Assembly: GCF_006345805.1 (NCBI RefSeq)
Contig: NC_042998.1
Coordinates: forward strand, 144,398,001 to 144,462,000
Source of the DNA: Octopus sinensis
Lineage: Eukaryota
DNA: 64,000 bases
Reading direction: 5' to 3'
Position 1 is the stretch's first letter. The number at the start of each line of letters is the position of its first letter. Under the pieces are notes generated by a model. That model was not told the origin of the DNA. It was given only the letters and a program-made list of their open reading frames with translations, and did no database searches. This document shows, piece after piece, positions 37,137 to 51,174 of the stretch. The position numbers and the translations under genes were made by a program.

Positions 37137-37514
37137 TCTATATATAAACGGCAGTTTGTCTGTGCGTGTTTCTGTGTGTCTGTTTGCTTGTACCCTCACC
37201 CTGACCACGGCTTTCAACCGATTCTGATGAAACTTGACACACACATAGCCCAATGTCATAATTCAAAACTAACGCAGCGAAAATTTTGAAAAGTTCCCCC
37301 AGTTCTGAAAAAAATCGATAAATTCGACATGGGGTCGAGAATCAGAAACACGAACCACAAACTGTCTAGGGGACGCAACTCCACCTTTTTTAAATCTCAA
37401 AAAAATTTACCATCATTTTTTCCATTTTTTTGCTATTTTTTGGCTATAACTCTCTAAAAATGCTTTATAGTTATTTCCCTTACAAACCTGAGCAACGCCG
37501 GGCGATACTGCTAG
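37137..37514 (+). mobile_element. Non-autonomous Helitron-like element
   Basis: 5' TC, internal TGTC/TG repeat, subterminal hairpin CCTGAGCAACGCCGGG, 3' CTAG followed by T; no TIR or TSD; lies in (TA)n. Confidence 0.75.
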
Positions 37515-37644
37515 TATGTATATATATATATATATTATATATATATATGCATGTATATTATATATATATATATATGCATGTATATGTGTATGTACATATA
37601 TATATATTATATATATATATATATGCATGTATATGTGTATGTAC

Positions 37645-37677
<33 letters not shown>

Positions 37678-37692
37678 GCATGTATATGTGTA

Positions 37693-37732
<40 letters not shown>

Positions 37733-37744
37733 TGTATATGTGTA

Positions 37745-37958
37745 TGTGGCTGATGCCAGCACCGCCTGACTGGTGTCCGTGTCGGTGACACGTAAAAAGC
37801 ACCCACTACACTCACGAAGTGGTTGGCGTTAGGAAGGGCATCCAGCTGTAGAAACACTGCCAGATCAGACTTGAGCCTGGCGCAGCCTCCTGGCTTTCCA
37901 GACCCCGGTTGAACCGTCCAACCCATGCTAGCATGGAAAACATGTTAAACGATGATGA
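37745..37958 (+). mobile_element. RTE LINE 3' end
   Basis: GGTTGGCGTTAGGAAGGGCATCCAGC...AAACGATGATGAT. Confidence 0.85.
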
Positions 37959-37966
37959 TATATGTA

Positions 37967-38016
<50 letters not shown>

Positions 38017-38137
38017 AGTGTATCTACGTATATATGTTATATATATGTAAGTGTATCTACATATATATGTATGTATGTGTAAGTGTATCTACGTATATAT
38101 GTATATATATATATACATATATCTGTATATATACATA

Positions 38138-38185
<48 letters not shown>

Positions 38186-38194
38186 CGTGTGTGT

Positions 38195-39590
38195 ATGGTA
38201 AGATCATAGAGGTAGCGAGCATATGTGATAGAGTACCTAAACTCAGTTTTGTCTTGCAGCATGGTATAGCTACAATTCTCTCTGCCCATGCCCCACAAGC
38301 GGGCCTACCAAATGAGCAGAAAGATCACTGTTATGCTATTCTTCTGCAGGTTACCTCAAACACGAGTGACAATGATCTCATCTTTGTGGCTGGGGAATTT
38401 AAAAGGCATGTCGGATAGCGACCTGGTATCTTCCATGGTGTAGGTACCAGAAATTACGAGGGAACTAGGCTCCTGGAGTTCTGCGATGCAAATAACTTAT
38501 TGATCCGTAACACCAACTTCAAGAAGCCAGCCAGCCAGCCATCGATCAATCAGGTGACTCTACTAGTCAGATGGATTTCATTTTTATCAGACAGCAGGGT
38601 ACATGGTTGCTCTTAAATACAAAGACCTTCCCTGATGAAGTATGTACCCACTAGCATAGACTAGTTATTAGTAACTTTAGACTCAAGGCCAGAAGGGTGC
38701 CAAAAAGCAGACCAATCTGGCAAAGACGGACTTGGAAGCTTAAGAATCTTTCACATGGTCAGAGATTTAGGGATGTTTTTACCGAGAAATTTGATGATAG
38801 GGAGTAGGAGCTACAGTCCTGTGACATAAAATGCAGCTGGGAATTCCTGTGAGACAGCTTGCTGAGTGCCACAGATTTGGTCTGTGGCTGGTGCAAAGTC
38901 CCTTCCAGGGTAACATGGTAGTGGAACAATGCTGTAGACAGGGCCATTAGAGCAAAGAAACAGGCCTGGAAGAATGGTGGTAGTAGGAGGCTGTATCAGA
39001 TAGCCAAAAGGGAAGCTAGAGACAGGGAATAGCAGAAAAGAAAAAGTTTGCCAATGTTCAGCAACATAAGGACCAAAGAACTGAAGTATTTTGGATTGCA
39101 AGACAGTGTGTGAGAGAAAACCGTGATGTCATAGAAGAGAAACGTGTCCACATGGATGATAGTGCCCTTATGTTTAATGATTCTGCAGAGAAAGAGGCTT
39201 GGAGATGCCATTATGAAAGACTGCTGAATGTGGAGAAGGGATGGGAACAGGAGAGTCTGCCGAAGGTTGACCCAACTGAGGGAACAGCTACCCAAATTGA
39301 CAGTACCCTGGTAGATAAAGTAATTAAGGATATGAAGACAGGGAAAGTATCTGGCCCATCAGGAATCACCACTGAGATGCTTAAAATATCGGGCTGTGTG
39401 GGATATGGTCTTGTCACCTGCATCGTAAGTCAGATAGTTCATGAAAGAGTCATACCCAATGACTGGTGTAGCAGCACCATAGTCTACTGCTACAAAGGTA
39501 AAGGTGATGCTTTACATAGAAATAACTACAGGGGTATCAAATTATTGGATCAGGGGATGAAAGTTACAGTGAGAGTGATAGTTCAACTAC
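38195..39590 (+). mobile_element. RTE LINE APE endonuclease and RT N-terminal fragment
   Basis: SAHAPQAG...AGEFKRHVG (GDFNGHVG-like), GKVSGPSGITTEMLK, YKGKGDAL.RNNYRGIKLL. Confidence 0.88.
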
Positions 39591-41914
39591 CGTAAAAACC
39601 CATGTAATTTGCGCACCTGTGTAATTTATGCAGGTGATTTTCAGGATAAAAATTGTTAAAAAGAATCTTCTATTTGTGTAAAATTCACACCCAGAAGTTT
39701 TCAGAATTGCCAATAATGGCCAGGGAGAAAAGGTTTCCAATTTAGTTGTATTTAGCATAATTTCACTTAAATTTTCATTAGATAAAAATAATTTCTGTTT
39801 AACAGGTATCACATTCATTGGAAGCTGTTAACTTATGAAGTGTTTGTGTTGTTTATAATAAACTTTATTTTACATTTCTTTCCCACGAGATTATGCCCGA
39901 TCTTTAGCATACTTCTGTATGTCTTCTCAAATTAGGATCAGGGAAAAAGTTGTTGATAATTCTTATCAACAAAAAGAAATCTGATAAATATGCACAAGTG
40001 TTGCAAAATAAGTTTAATTACCAAGAAACATCAGCTTGGATGACAATTTACTCAAATGACAGAAATATAGCATTAGTGGAGCTTCTGCCTGGCACAAAAC
40101 CAAACTGCATCTCATCTAGGCTATGTCTCATCCTAATTACCTTAAAAACCCATTAATTCACAAGGCTTTGGTTGACCTTAGACTATAGTAGAAGATCCTT
40201 GCCCAAGGTGCTACACAGTGGGACTGAACCCAGAGCTATTTAGTTGGGAAACAAACTTCTTATCACAGTTATGCTTGCTACTACCTCTGATGCAAATTTG
40301 AAGCTTTGAAGTGAAACAGCTCAACTGGGCTTCAAACCTGTATCAGAGACTTACCCTCACATGCTGTAATGCTTACTGTACACAGCTGTTCATTATTTAC
40401 CCAGGTTTACAAATGTCTGGGTCTTCTTTTCTTTGGTTTTGGTAGCATGTTGATGTGGAAGTTGCAACACATGGTATTTTAATTTTCAATCTTGGTCATT
40501 AGTAGAACAGTCACACAACTAAAGACTAATTTTCTAATGTTACTCTTACAGACTTTTTAATGAGATATTGAAAATAATCTGACTTACTGAATTTAGTTAT
40601 AATGTCAATGTTTCAATTAACAGTAAGGCAATCCATAGAAGCACAATTAACAACTCACAAAAGCATATCCACAGATAGGAATTGCTCTCATGAATAAACT
40701 CCCTCTCAATATAATTGTCTCTATTTTCTCATTTATCTACAGTTTTATTATAACTCTACCCTTTCTGTACTACCACTTATCACCTTCTTCATGAGCTGCT
40801 TTTACTTTTTCTTCTCCCTATCCCTCATACTGATATTTATCATCAGCTTCACTTCCATCCTTGTTCTTCATTTACTACATTCACCTCTAACCACATGTGA
40901 TTCTCCTCCACTTTTATAAATTTACTCATCCACTCTTCCCAATCCTTTGTATTGATTTTCAAACTCACTCTCCTGTATCTTGAGGGTAGAGTCTAACATC
41001 TCATCACCAGCATCTTTCAAGCTACATCCATCCATCCTTATGTAATGTGGTGGTTGGCATTATCTATTCTATTGTGGCATCCACTCTAGTGTGGGTGTCA
41101 CAATAGAATTCATCCAGTACACTGTATAAAAGTTGGTGATAGGAAGGATTTCCAGACATAGAAATTGTGCTGGAAAGTTGAACCTAGGAGTGAAACATGA
41201 TACCCACCCCCAACCTGTCTAGGAGGGTAGTCACTACAAATAAGGACATTGGACCATGACAACCCTTCCCAGATTGAGAAAGGGGACATGATATTGATGA
41301 ATTTCATATAAAGCTACAGGACCACAAATTAGTAAGGAAGATTGTAGTTTTTGATTGGTACTTCACTTTACCTGGGAGGACGAAAGGTACTCAGAACACT
41401 ACATTGCATTTCATCCATTGCTCTTCTGATTCAGCATATAATGATGACAGTAACAATAATAATAATAATCCTTTCTACTGGAAGCACAAGGCCTCAAATT
41501 TAGGGGAAGGAATTAAGTCGATTACATTGACCCCCAGTATGTAACTAGTACTTATTTAATCAGCACTGAAAGAATGAAAGCAAAGTCAACCCCAGCAGAA
41601 TTTGAATTCAGAACGTAGCAATAGACAAAATACCGCTAAGAGCAATAATAATAATAATAACAACAGCAACAATAGTTTCAAATTTTGGCACAAGAAGGAG
41701 AGGGTTAGTCAATACCATCTACCCCAGTACTACACTGTTACTTATTTTATCAAACCCTTGGGGATGAAAGGCAAAGTTGAGCTCAGACTGTAAAGAGCCA
41801 GAACAAATTTAGTAAAATATTTTTCCGATAATCTAATAATTCTGTCAGCTTGCCACTAGCAGAATCTTTGGGAAAATTCAGTGGCTGTGACAGTTAATTG
41901 ACCCTAGTACATAC

Positions 41915-42250
41915 GTGAAGGCACATGGCTCAGAGTGTTGGACTCACAATCATGAGGTAGTGAGTTTGATTCCCCAACTGGGCTGTGTGTTGTGTTCTTG
42001 AGCAAGACACTTTATTTTTCATTGCTCCAGTTCACTCAGCTGTAGAAATGAATTGCAACATCACTGGTTCGAAGCTGTATCAGCCTTAGTTTTACCCTTG
42101 GATAACATCGATGGCATGGAGAGGGGAGGCTGGTATGCATGGGCGACTGCTGGTCTTCTATAAACAATCTTGCCTGGACTTGTGCCTTGGAAGGGAACTT
42201 TTTCAGTGCAATCCCATGGTTATTCATGACTGAAGGGGGTGTCTTTACTT
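41915..42250 (+). mobile_element. tRNA-derived SINE (C-type head, different tail)
   Basis: GAGTTTGATTCC B box and GTGTTCTTGAGCAAGACACTTTATT shared with 21430. Confidence 0.7.
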
Positions 42251-43599
42251 TATACATGAGTGGTACTTTATTTTATTGGCTCTGGAAGGATGAAAGTAAA
42301 GTTGACCCTAATGCAATTTGAATTTAGAATGTAAAGCACCAGGATAAATACTGCAAAGGAGTTTATCTATTGCCCTTGATAATAACAAGAGGAAATGACA
42401 AGGGACCGGGAGTTATTGCGATTTGCTGTACTTGGTAAGACACGCCAAGCTAAGTAAAATCGCTGACACATACAGGCTTGTTCTTTACAGGTACCAGTGC
42501 CATATAAAATGCACTTGTGCTGGTGCTGCATAAACGCAGCCATGCTGATGGCATGTAAAAAGCACCCAGCACACTCTGTAAAGTGGTTGGCATTAGGAAG
42601 GGCATCCAGCTGTAGAAACCATGCCACAACAAACTGTTGGAGTCTGGACAGCTCCCTAGCTGGCCAGCTCCATGTCAAATTGTCCAGTACATGCCAGCAT
42701 GGAAAACAGATGTTAAATGTTGATGATGATATGTACACACACACACACACACACACACATTTCATCATCATCTTCCTCCTCATTTAACATCCCTTTTCCT
42801 TGTTGACATAGGTTGGACGGTTTGGCAGTAACTGGCCAGCTGAAGAGCTGCCCAGGCTCCATGTCTGTTTGGCATAGTTTCTATGGCTGGATGCTCTTCT
42901 TAACATCAACCACTTTACAGAGGGTACAGGGTGCTTTTATGCAGCAGTGGCATGAGTGCTTTTTACATGACACCAGCACCCACATGCCTGTAAGATTAGA
43001 ATCGTTCATTTGTATATACACACACACATACACATGTTTATATCCTGCACTTATTGTGTGTGTCCTGGTTTTAGAATAGGCACAGTACATCCTTGTGTAT
43101 CATGATAGATAACTAAAAGGATTCACAATAAGGATAACTTCCACCCTTAAAACACTATCTTGGGAAATCCATCTAACCTATCTCAGCAATGAAAAGCAGA
43201 CATAAAGTAATGATGTTTATATCTTGCACTGTATATTGACTAAATAAATAATCAAAAATAAAAGCCCTCATACTCTTCAAACAAAGAAATCTGTAATCAG
43301 CAGCAGTATTTTTCACAAAAGCAAGATAATATGAATAATTCAATAAATACTTAAGCAAATATATACATCTCATCTAATGACAACAAGGCATTGATTTTGG
43401 TTGGTAAGATTTTCCTTGATATATTTTACTTTAAGAATGGATTGCCTCTTTACTCAAAGGTCTAATATTCATATTCTCTTTCTGGTAATATTTATTACCT
43501 CTTTGATCAAGGCATTTGAACTGTACCAGCTCTCGTAAGCAAAACTGACACCTAATTTCAAATGTAGAAATTGTTTGCTTCAGCATTATTACCATATTT

Positions 43600-43862
43600 G
43601 ATGGCATAAAGTAAAGTTACCTTCTCGAGTCATACCAGCTTACAAAGGCTGGTTTCCCATTTTCATGGCATATGTATTCTGCACCTGAATGGGATGCCGG
43701 TCCATCACAGGACTACTCATTTTTGCCAGCTGAGTGGACTGGAACAATGTGAAATGAGGTGTTTTGCTCAAGAACACATCACATCACCCAGTCCAGGAAT
43801 TGAAACCACAATCTTACAATCATGAACCCAATACCCTAATCACTAAGTCACATGCTTTCATA
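43600..43862 (-). mobile_element. tRNA-derived V-like SINE
   Basis: Minus strand head with GTTTCAATTCC, GTGTTCTTGAGCAAAACAC and GTGATGGACCGGCATCCC. Confidence 0.65.
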
Positions 43863-44739
43863 TGCCTTTGATGGCATATAAGACACTTTTTCTCTCCCAA
43901 AAATGTCTTTAAAAACAATTGCCAGATCCTTATATGAACTTGGACCTATATTACATGCTGTAATGAACTAAAAACTTTTTTTCCTGAATATGCACTGCTG
44001 AAGGTAGGGTGCCTGTGTGTCCTTTATGCTATCAAATATGGTAATTACTTTGTTCATTTGTTGACTGTTCAACACAGATAAGTACATAGTTTGGGTGATT
44101 TTACAGATGACTTGAACGTTTACCAGTCTGAACATAAGTTGCTATGATATTATTATGCTTCTTAGAAGAGTAACACAAGTATAGCTTAATGCTGCTGTTA
44201 ACAGACAGCTGGGTGAATGGTTCTTAAGTGGAAAGGGTTTGCATTCTATGGCTTAGGAATAAACACCACATAAAACAATATTACTAACTGTGATAAAGCC
44301 AAGTATCTCGAGTGCAAAAAATGCTTGATGGATTACAGACAGCTGACATTTAATTTTTTAAAGTGTCGTCATCATCATATTCATTTAATGTCCACTTTTC
44401 CATACTTGCTGCAGAATTTAAGGTATATTTTTCTGTAGCTGGATGCCCTTTCTGTCACCAACCCTTACCTGTTTCCAAGCAAGGTAATATTTCCCACAGC
44501 CAGACATTTTCCCACAGAAGACTGGAAACAAATGACATTGCTTGTGTGAGGGTGCTGCTCATCAGGACAAGAGGCCCCCTCCCCTTGTTTATAGTGGGTT
44601 TCTTCCAGTTTCTGTCTATGAAATCCACTCAATATCTCTTGAAATAGGAACAGAAATAAATATCTATATATTATCCTCATTGATTATTTATTAATTTATT
44701 CATCACATTAAATAACAAAAGTATTCTATTATATAAGCC

Positions 44740-45135
44740 CAGGCATTGCTGTGTCATTAAGAAGTTAGCTTCCCAACCACATAGTTTGGGGCTCAGTCCT
44801 ACTGCATGGTACCTTTGAGCAAGTGTCTTCCACTGTAGCTCTGGACTGACTGAAGCATCATGAGTGGATTTGCTTGATGGAAGCTGTAAGAAGCCTACCA
44901 TGTGTGTGTGTGTCTACCTTTGTCTTGACACCATGTGATGTTGTAAATGAGCATCACCATCATACAAGCAATGTTGTTCATGTCAAAACTTCTGTGAAAA
45001 ACACATGGAAATATTACCTTGCTTGGAAACAGGTGAGGGTTGGTGACAGGAAAAGTATCCAACCATAGAAAATTTATCTTAATGAATTCCAGTTAACACA
45101 TGCAAGCATGAAAAATTGGACATTAAAACAATGAT
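44740..45135 (+). mobile_element. SINE family F: A-type head with RTE-derived 3' tail
   Basis: Head as in family A; ends GGTTGGTGACAGGAAAAGTATCCAACCATAGAAA...CATGCAAGCATGAAAAATTGGACATTAAAACAATGATG like RTE 3' ends. Confidence 0.75.
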
Positions 45136-45994
45136 GAGTGAACAAGAGTGTGTTAATCATAAATATATTATCATCATTATTTAATGTCCATTTTCCATGC
45201 TGGTATGGGTTGGATAGTTTGACTGAAAACTGGTAAGCTAGGGAGCTACACCAAGTTCCAATCTGATTTGGCATGGTTTCTACGGCTGGATGCCCTTTCT
45301 AATGCCAACCACTTCCAGAGTGTAGTGGGTGGGTGCCACTGGCACCAACATCACTTACAATAATCAATGTATTATATTCTAGCTTTCCATACTAAAAGCT
45401 GGCAGCTGTAATTCCACAGGACATGCATTTGTCAGCTGCGCCAAAGACTATTATATTATAATTAGAGAAATATTGGGAAATATAACATTATAATGGTAGT
45501 TTAGATAATAGATATAAAAACTTCCTGAATGTGGCAATGTACTTGACTGAAGAAATATTGGTAAACTGTCACAATAATGTTATATTTTCCTAGTTCTCTT
45601 GTTTAATGTGTGCACTTAACTCTCTTTGCAACACCTGGGCCACTTGATCAACCCAAATGATACAAGCTGAAACAACTTTGAGGACAATCCATCAACCCGA
45701 TGAAACAAATGTTTTGAAGTGTAGCAACCTATCAAGGATTGTCTTTCAGTTGACTTAATGTAAAACTATATAAAATATATAGTTTTACATACTAATAAAG
45801 AAGTTTAAGGCACTTTATCTTTTGTTTTCTACATGCACCCATCAAATTCAATCTCAACAAAAAGAACTTTGGTCTTTTTGGCTCAAAAGGGGTTAATATT
45901 TAGGTTTAAATATTTGATAAAAAGCAATGTGTATTATACATGAATAAATATGATATATATGTATATTAAATTTTGCTTTGAATTTTTTTCACAG

Positions 45995-46049
45995 AAAACA
46001 TGTGAAGAAAACAACAGTGGAATTGTACAAGAACTCCAGAAAAAGAAAG
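45995..46049 (+). CDS. GOLM1: GOLM-like exon 2 (55 nt, KTCEENNSGIVQELQKKK)
   Basis: TTTTTTTCACAG acceptor, AAG|GTAAAT donor, open frame, phase 0 in and phase 1 out. Confidence 0.7.
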
Positions 46050-46373
46050 GTAAATCAATTGAAACATATCTAAAACAAAATTCAAATATATCTTTAGTTT
46101 TCTGAACTGCATTCTGTATGTTGCAAGTTTGTCCATTTAAGAAGTTGGTTTGAATATGGTAATCACTTTTAGTGGTTTATGTTAGGTAAATTAAAGCAGT
46201 ATTGTGTTTAGTGGTGCAGGCATAGCTCTGTGGTTTACTTGCCAACCACATGGTTTATAGTTCAGTTCCACTACTTGGTGACTTTGGCAAGTGTCTTTTA
46301 CTTCAACCCTGGGCTGACCAAAGCCTTGTGAGTGGATTTGGTAGATGGAAGATGAAAGAATCCTGTCTTGTGT

Positions 46374-46400
<27 letters not shown>

Positions 46401-46404
<4 letters not shown>

Positions 46405-47660
46405 AGGGTTGGCTGAAAAGTTAATAGGCTGATGAAGATACTCATGAAATGTGACCAGATTAGGTTTATTTTTCAACATAGTCCTCCTTGTGATCTACAC
46501 ACTTTTTCCATTGGTGTTGCAGTGCTTGAATCCCATTGGTGAAGAAGCTTTCATCCTGTTGGTTGGAAAAGTCATCAACAGCAGATATGATGTCATCATC
46601 ATTGTGATACTGGTTCCCAGCCAAGTGTTTTTCATGTTGGGGAATTGATGATAGTCAGATGAGGCCTATCAAGAGAATAGGAAGGGTGATCAACCAGTTC
46701 AAAGTCACAGTCATGTACAGCAGTTATTGAAAGCAAGGGCTTGTGTTCATCGTCCAGATGAAACAAGACCCCTCGTGTCAGTTTTCCTGGATGTTTGGTC
46801 TTGATAACCTTTTGTATAATACTCTCTATTGATGGTGTGGCCCTTTTGAAGATAATCAATAAACACAATGCCTTTTGCATCTCAAAAAACTGAGGCCATC
46901 TTCCCTTCAGATGAAAAGACCATGGTCTACTTCGGAGCAGGTGAGGAGGGTGTTTCACTGCCTGGATTATCTCTTTGTCTCTGGCACAAAGTGATGAAGC
47001 CAACAATCATCATGAGTTAGGAAATGTTCTAGGAAACCAGCTGGATCAGCCTCAGTGTCAGATTTTCCCATGATGTGATCAGCCTGGTGCGCTTTTGATT
47101 AGGTGTCAGAAGACATGGCACCCACCAGGCAGAAACCTTTGCCATGCCAAGTTCATTGTGCAGAATATCCTCAACTCTATCAAAGGATATGCTAACAACA
47201 TTGGTTGTTTGATTTATAGTCAATTGCCTGTCATCTATCACCATGTGGTACAACATGATCAGTGTTTTTCTTGGTGGTGGCAGTTGCAGGACATCCAGGG
47301 CTTGGATCAATCATCTTCAGAACTCTCCCTTCTCCTCATAAATTCAGCTGCTCCACTTTTGCACTGTTGATAAAGCATCACCCCTTGATGTATCAACTAT
47401 GTCAGCATGAACGTTCTTGGAGGCTAAACCCTTTTTTCTGCTGATACTTATTAACACCACAATGCTAAATTTTGTCCATTTTCAATAGAAGTCATGACTA
47501 GTAACTTTTGAAGTGTTCTTTGAACAGTCAGATGCTGGTTTAATCTGAAAGAAACAATATGGTTATTAATAACAAGAGTTAAAATTAATGCATACATGAT
47601 TTCTCAGCTCTATTATGACTCTTTCATAGGCAGCCTATGAACTTTCCAGTACATCCTTGT
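46401..47660 (-). mobile_element. Decayed mariner transposon
   Basis: About 30 bp degenerate TIRs (CTGAAAAGTTAATAGGCTG / CAGCCTATGAACTTTCCAG); transposase motifs WVPCLLT and DHPSYSLD (WVPRLLT and HPPYSPD). Confidence 0.88.
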
Positions 47661-47784
47661 GTGTGTGTGTGTGTGTGTCCGTGTCCCCTTGTCTTGTCAT
47701 GATATGACAGTTGTAAACAAGCATCACTATCATTCAATCAGCAACCTTTGTTTCCAGTCTTCTGTGAAAGCATGTCTGACCATG

Positions 47785-48440
47785 TCTGGAATCGCGGGAA
47801 AATTATCAGATAAGGTCACTTTCATGTGTGGCAGATGCACAGGAACAGTAAGTAGTAAGAGCAGGAGGCTCTCTTGAGGTAGTAGATGGTTTCTGCTATT
47901 TAGGTGACCAAATTAGTAATGGTGGTGGATGCTCTGAAAGTATTGTTTCTAGAATAAGAATAGGGTGGAGGAAGTTCAGAGAACTACTACCTCTGTTGGC
48001 AACAAAAGGAGTCTCTCTTGGAGTGAAAGCTAGATTGTACGATGCTTGTATGAAGACGGCTGTTACATCGTAGTAAGACTTGGGCTCTGACTGTGGAGGA
48101 CATGCATAGGCTGAAGAGGAATGAAGGTAGTATGTTCCGTTGGATTTGCAACATCAGTGTGCATGACTGACAGAGCACAGCTGTGTTGATAGACAAGTTA
48201 GGCATAAGAGGGATTAAATGTGGTGTGCAGGAGAGGAGAATGCGTTGATTTGGATATATGATGCATATGAGTGAAGACAGCAGAGGAGTGCCTGTCACTG
48301 AAAGTGGATGGTACATGTGGAAGACATGGGATGAAGTGGTAAAGACTGATCTTAGGATGTTGGGGCTTACAGAGGAAATGACAGTGGACTGAGATGTTTG
48401 GAGATATGAGGTTCTAGAGAAGACCTGTCCATGAAACTGA
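47785..48440 (+). mobile_element. RTE LINE C-terminal ORF2 fragment
   Basis: Nucleotide similarity to the reverse complement of 11230-11860. Confidence 0.75.
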
Positions 48441-48869
48441 GTGCTAGAAGAGTTGTGTCCACTCACTCTACCCTAAGAAATTGAACTACAACTCCTCTTC
48501 TAACTGCATATTTTTCATGATTGTTTTCTAATCCCCTTTTTTGCCCTCACTGCCCTACTCACTGTATTGCTGCTCCTCACACACCCACATCCTATTTTTC
48601 TAACCAGGTTCTACGCTCATATTCTTGTTACTTGTGAGTATGCCCTAGCACTACATCTCTCTTCTGCTCTCTCTCACACTTTTTCTGTTTCCTACTCTCT
48701 CTCTCTATTTTCCTTTGGTCACTCTCTCTCCCCTTCTCTTGCTTTTCCTCTGACTAGGTAACCAAGTATTTCCTTTACACTAGCACACTTGTTTCTGGCC
48801 TCTTTCTTGTACCTCTCTTTCACTATCCCTTTTCTATCTTTTTCTCTCAGTGGGTATCCATGTACCTGC

Positions 48870-49560
48870 TCTATAGCAAGACACCTATTTCTGTTTCTCT
48901 ATTTCTCTGTTACACTCTAACCTTTCGTTATTTGATACTGGATGACCTCATCTAATGCCCCCTCTGTTGTAGCAAAACACCTGTTTCCTTCTATCACACT
49001 CTAACCTTTCATCTGACACAACTTTCCCTTCTCAAATGTCCTGCCCCTCTCATAATTTCTTGTCTTGTGAGTTACTTGGTTACCCTGCCAGTGCTGGTGC
49101 CATGTCAAAAGCATCCAGTCCATACTGTAATGCGGTTGGCATTTGGATCACCTCATCTAATGACCCCATCTGTTGTAGCAAGACACCTGCTTCTGGTACT
49201 CTGTCTCTTTGTCACACTCTAACCTTTCATCCTCTGACACAAGTTCCCCTCCTCAAATGCCCTGCCCCTCTCATAATTTCTTGTCTTGTGAGTTACTTGG
49301 TTACCCTGCCAGTGCTGGTGCCATGTTAAAAGCATCCAGTCCATACTGTAACGTGGTTAGCATTTAGAATGGCATCCAGCTGTAAAAATCATGCCAAAAC
49401 TAATCTCACCTGTGCTAGCACCATGTAAAAAGCACTGAACCCACTCTGCAGAGTAGTTGGTGTTAGGAAGGGCATCTAACTGTAAAATCCCTACCAAAAC
49501 ACACACAGTAGCCTAAGGTAGTTTTTCTACCTGGCTGGCTCCTGTCAACTGTCCTGCCCA
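48870..49560 (+). mobile_element. RTE-type 3' UTR with 205 bp tandem duplication
   Basis: Units start at 48939 and 49144; GGTTGGCATT/GGCATCCAGCTGTA motifs present. Confidence 0.7.
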
Positions 49561-50284
49561 TGATGATAATATTCTGATTTATATATTAACTGAAAAGTCA
49601 ATGATTCAATCTGTTTCACCAACATTATGTTGTTAGATAATGTGTGAGAGTGTAAGTCTATTGACTAAAAGTGTACAAGTTTATGTCACATCTGTTAGCA
49701 AGACACAAAAGTCTTGTTGGTTCAGTTCACTTGGTCTATATCTGTATGTGTGTTTGTGTATGTGATTGAGTGAGTTTGTATTTCCTCTTATCACTTGTGG
49801 GTTTCTAGCTGGTTGTAAATAGTGGCCTTAGAAGCAAACTGTTGTTTGTTTGTAGTCCACTGGGAAAGCAGCTTTGAGCTGTTTGTTGTTTGATAGATAA
49901 AGGAATTATTACCTCATTTGTAAACAGGTTGGAGTTGGTGTCTCCCTGATGCCAACCCTTGTCAAGAAAACTGTCTCAGTATAAATGTAGTCATATCTAA
50001 CCCATGCAAGCGTGGAAAAATAGAAGTTAAAATGATAACGATGATGAATATTTCCTATTTTACTGAAATGATTTTTCTTGAAAAAAATGTTATCATTTGT
50101 TCTTAATTACCTCAGAAACTTCCTGTGTATTTCAGAAACATTTTAGTTAAAAATAGAAAGCTATTTAGATAGTTTAGTAAACAATTTAGATTGTCACACA
50201 TAGTATGTTAGTATTGCTTGGCCGAATAATTATAAATTCTTCTGAATGTACTTCCATTGCTTTCTAAAGGAATTGAATGAATAA

Positions 50285-50492
50285 TAATGGTTTCAAATTT
50301 TGGCACAAGGCAGGTAATTTTGAGGGAGGAGGTAAGTCGACCACAGTGGTTAACTGGTCCTTATTTTATTGACTCCAAAAAGATGAAAGGTGAAGTTGAC
50401 CTTGGAGGAATTTGAAATTAAAATGTAAAAACAGATGAAATGCCCTTTACACATTTTGTCTGGTGTGGTAATTCTGCCAGCTCGCCACCCTA
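50285..50492 (-). mobile_element. SINE family B, old copy
   Basis: CTGCCAGCTCGCCACC head and GATGAAAGGTGAAGTTGACC core. Confidence 0.75.
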
Positions 50493-51174
50493 GTTGAATG
50501 AATAATAACATTAAGAATTTTTATAAAAGAAACCTATAAATGGTATCATTCAGTTTCCCTGATTTTTCATTAAGGCAAAATTTCTCCTGTGGGATCTGTT
50601 TATAGCATGAAAATTTGAAAATTCAAAGAAAATAAAGAAATTATAAATTTAATGAGTTTTCTCATTAAATTATATTTAGTTACTGTATTTGAAGGAGAAG
50701 GGTATTTTGACCTACATTGAATACTACTAAAAAATATAGAGCGTTGCTACATTTTAACAATATTCTTTGTTTGCTTTAAGTCAAGGTCATGCTTTTTTAT
50801 ATATCTTACATTAATTGTGGAATTATTACATATTTTCCACTATTCAAGCTTCTTGTTTTGGTTGTGTAAAGTAGTTTATTTCTATTTAATGCTCATAATC
50901 TTCAGAGCTCTTTTCTCACTTGGTTTTGTGGGATGGGGGTGGTTGTTTATATCGTTTTTCTTAATATTTCTTATGTAGATTAAAATCTCCTGATTTATGT
51001 ATACAAGCAATAGGTGCTGGCATGGCTGTGTGGTGAATAAGGTTGCTTCACAATCATGTGGTTTCAAGTGCAAGAAGTGTGATGGAAAGGAGCCTTAGCC
51101 AAACTAATCACAGGCATGGAGCATCATCACCATCATTGTATAATGTCCTTTTCTCATGCTGGTATGGGTTAGAC

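Noticed and set aside
37222-37235. CTGATGA matches here and near 38632, 46428, 57769 and 59691 as further hammerheads
   Set aside because: No stem II followed by GAAA and matching stems; they lie inside Helitron, RTE, mariner or other repeat sequence.
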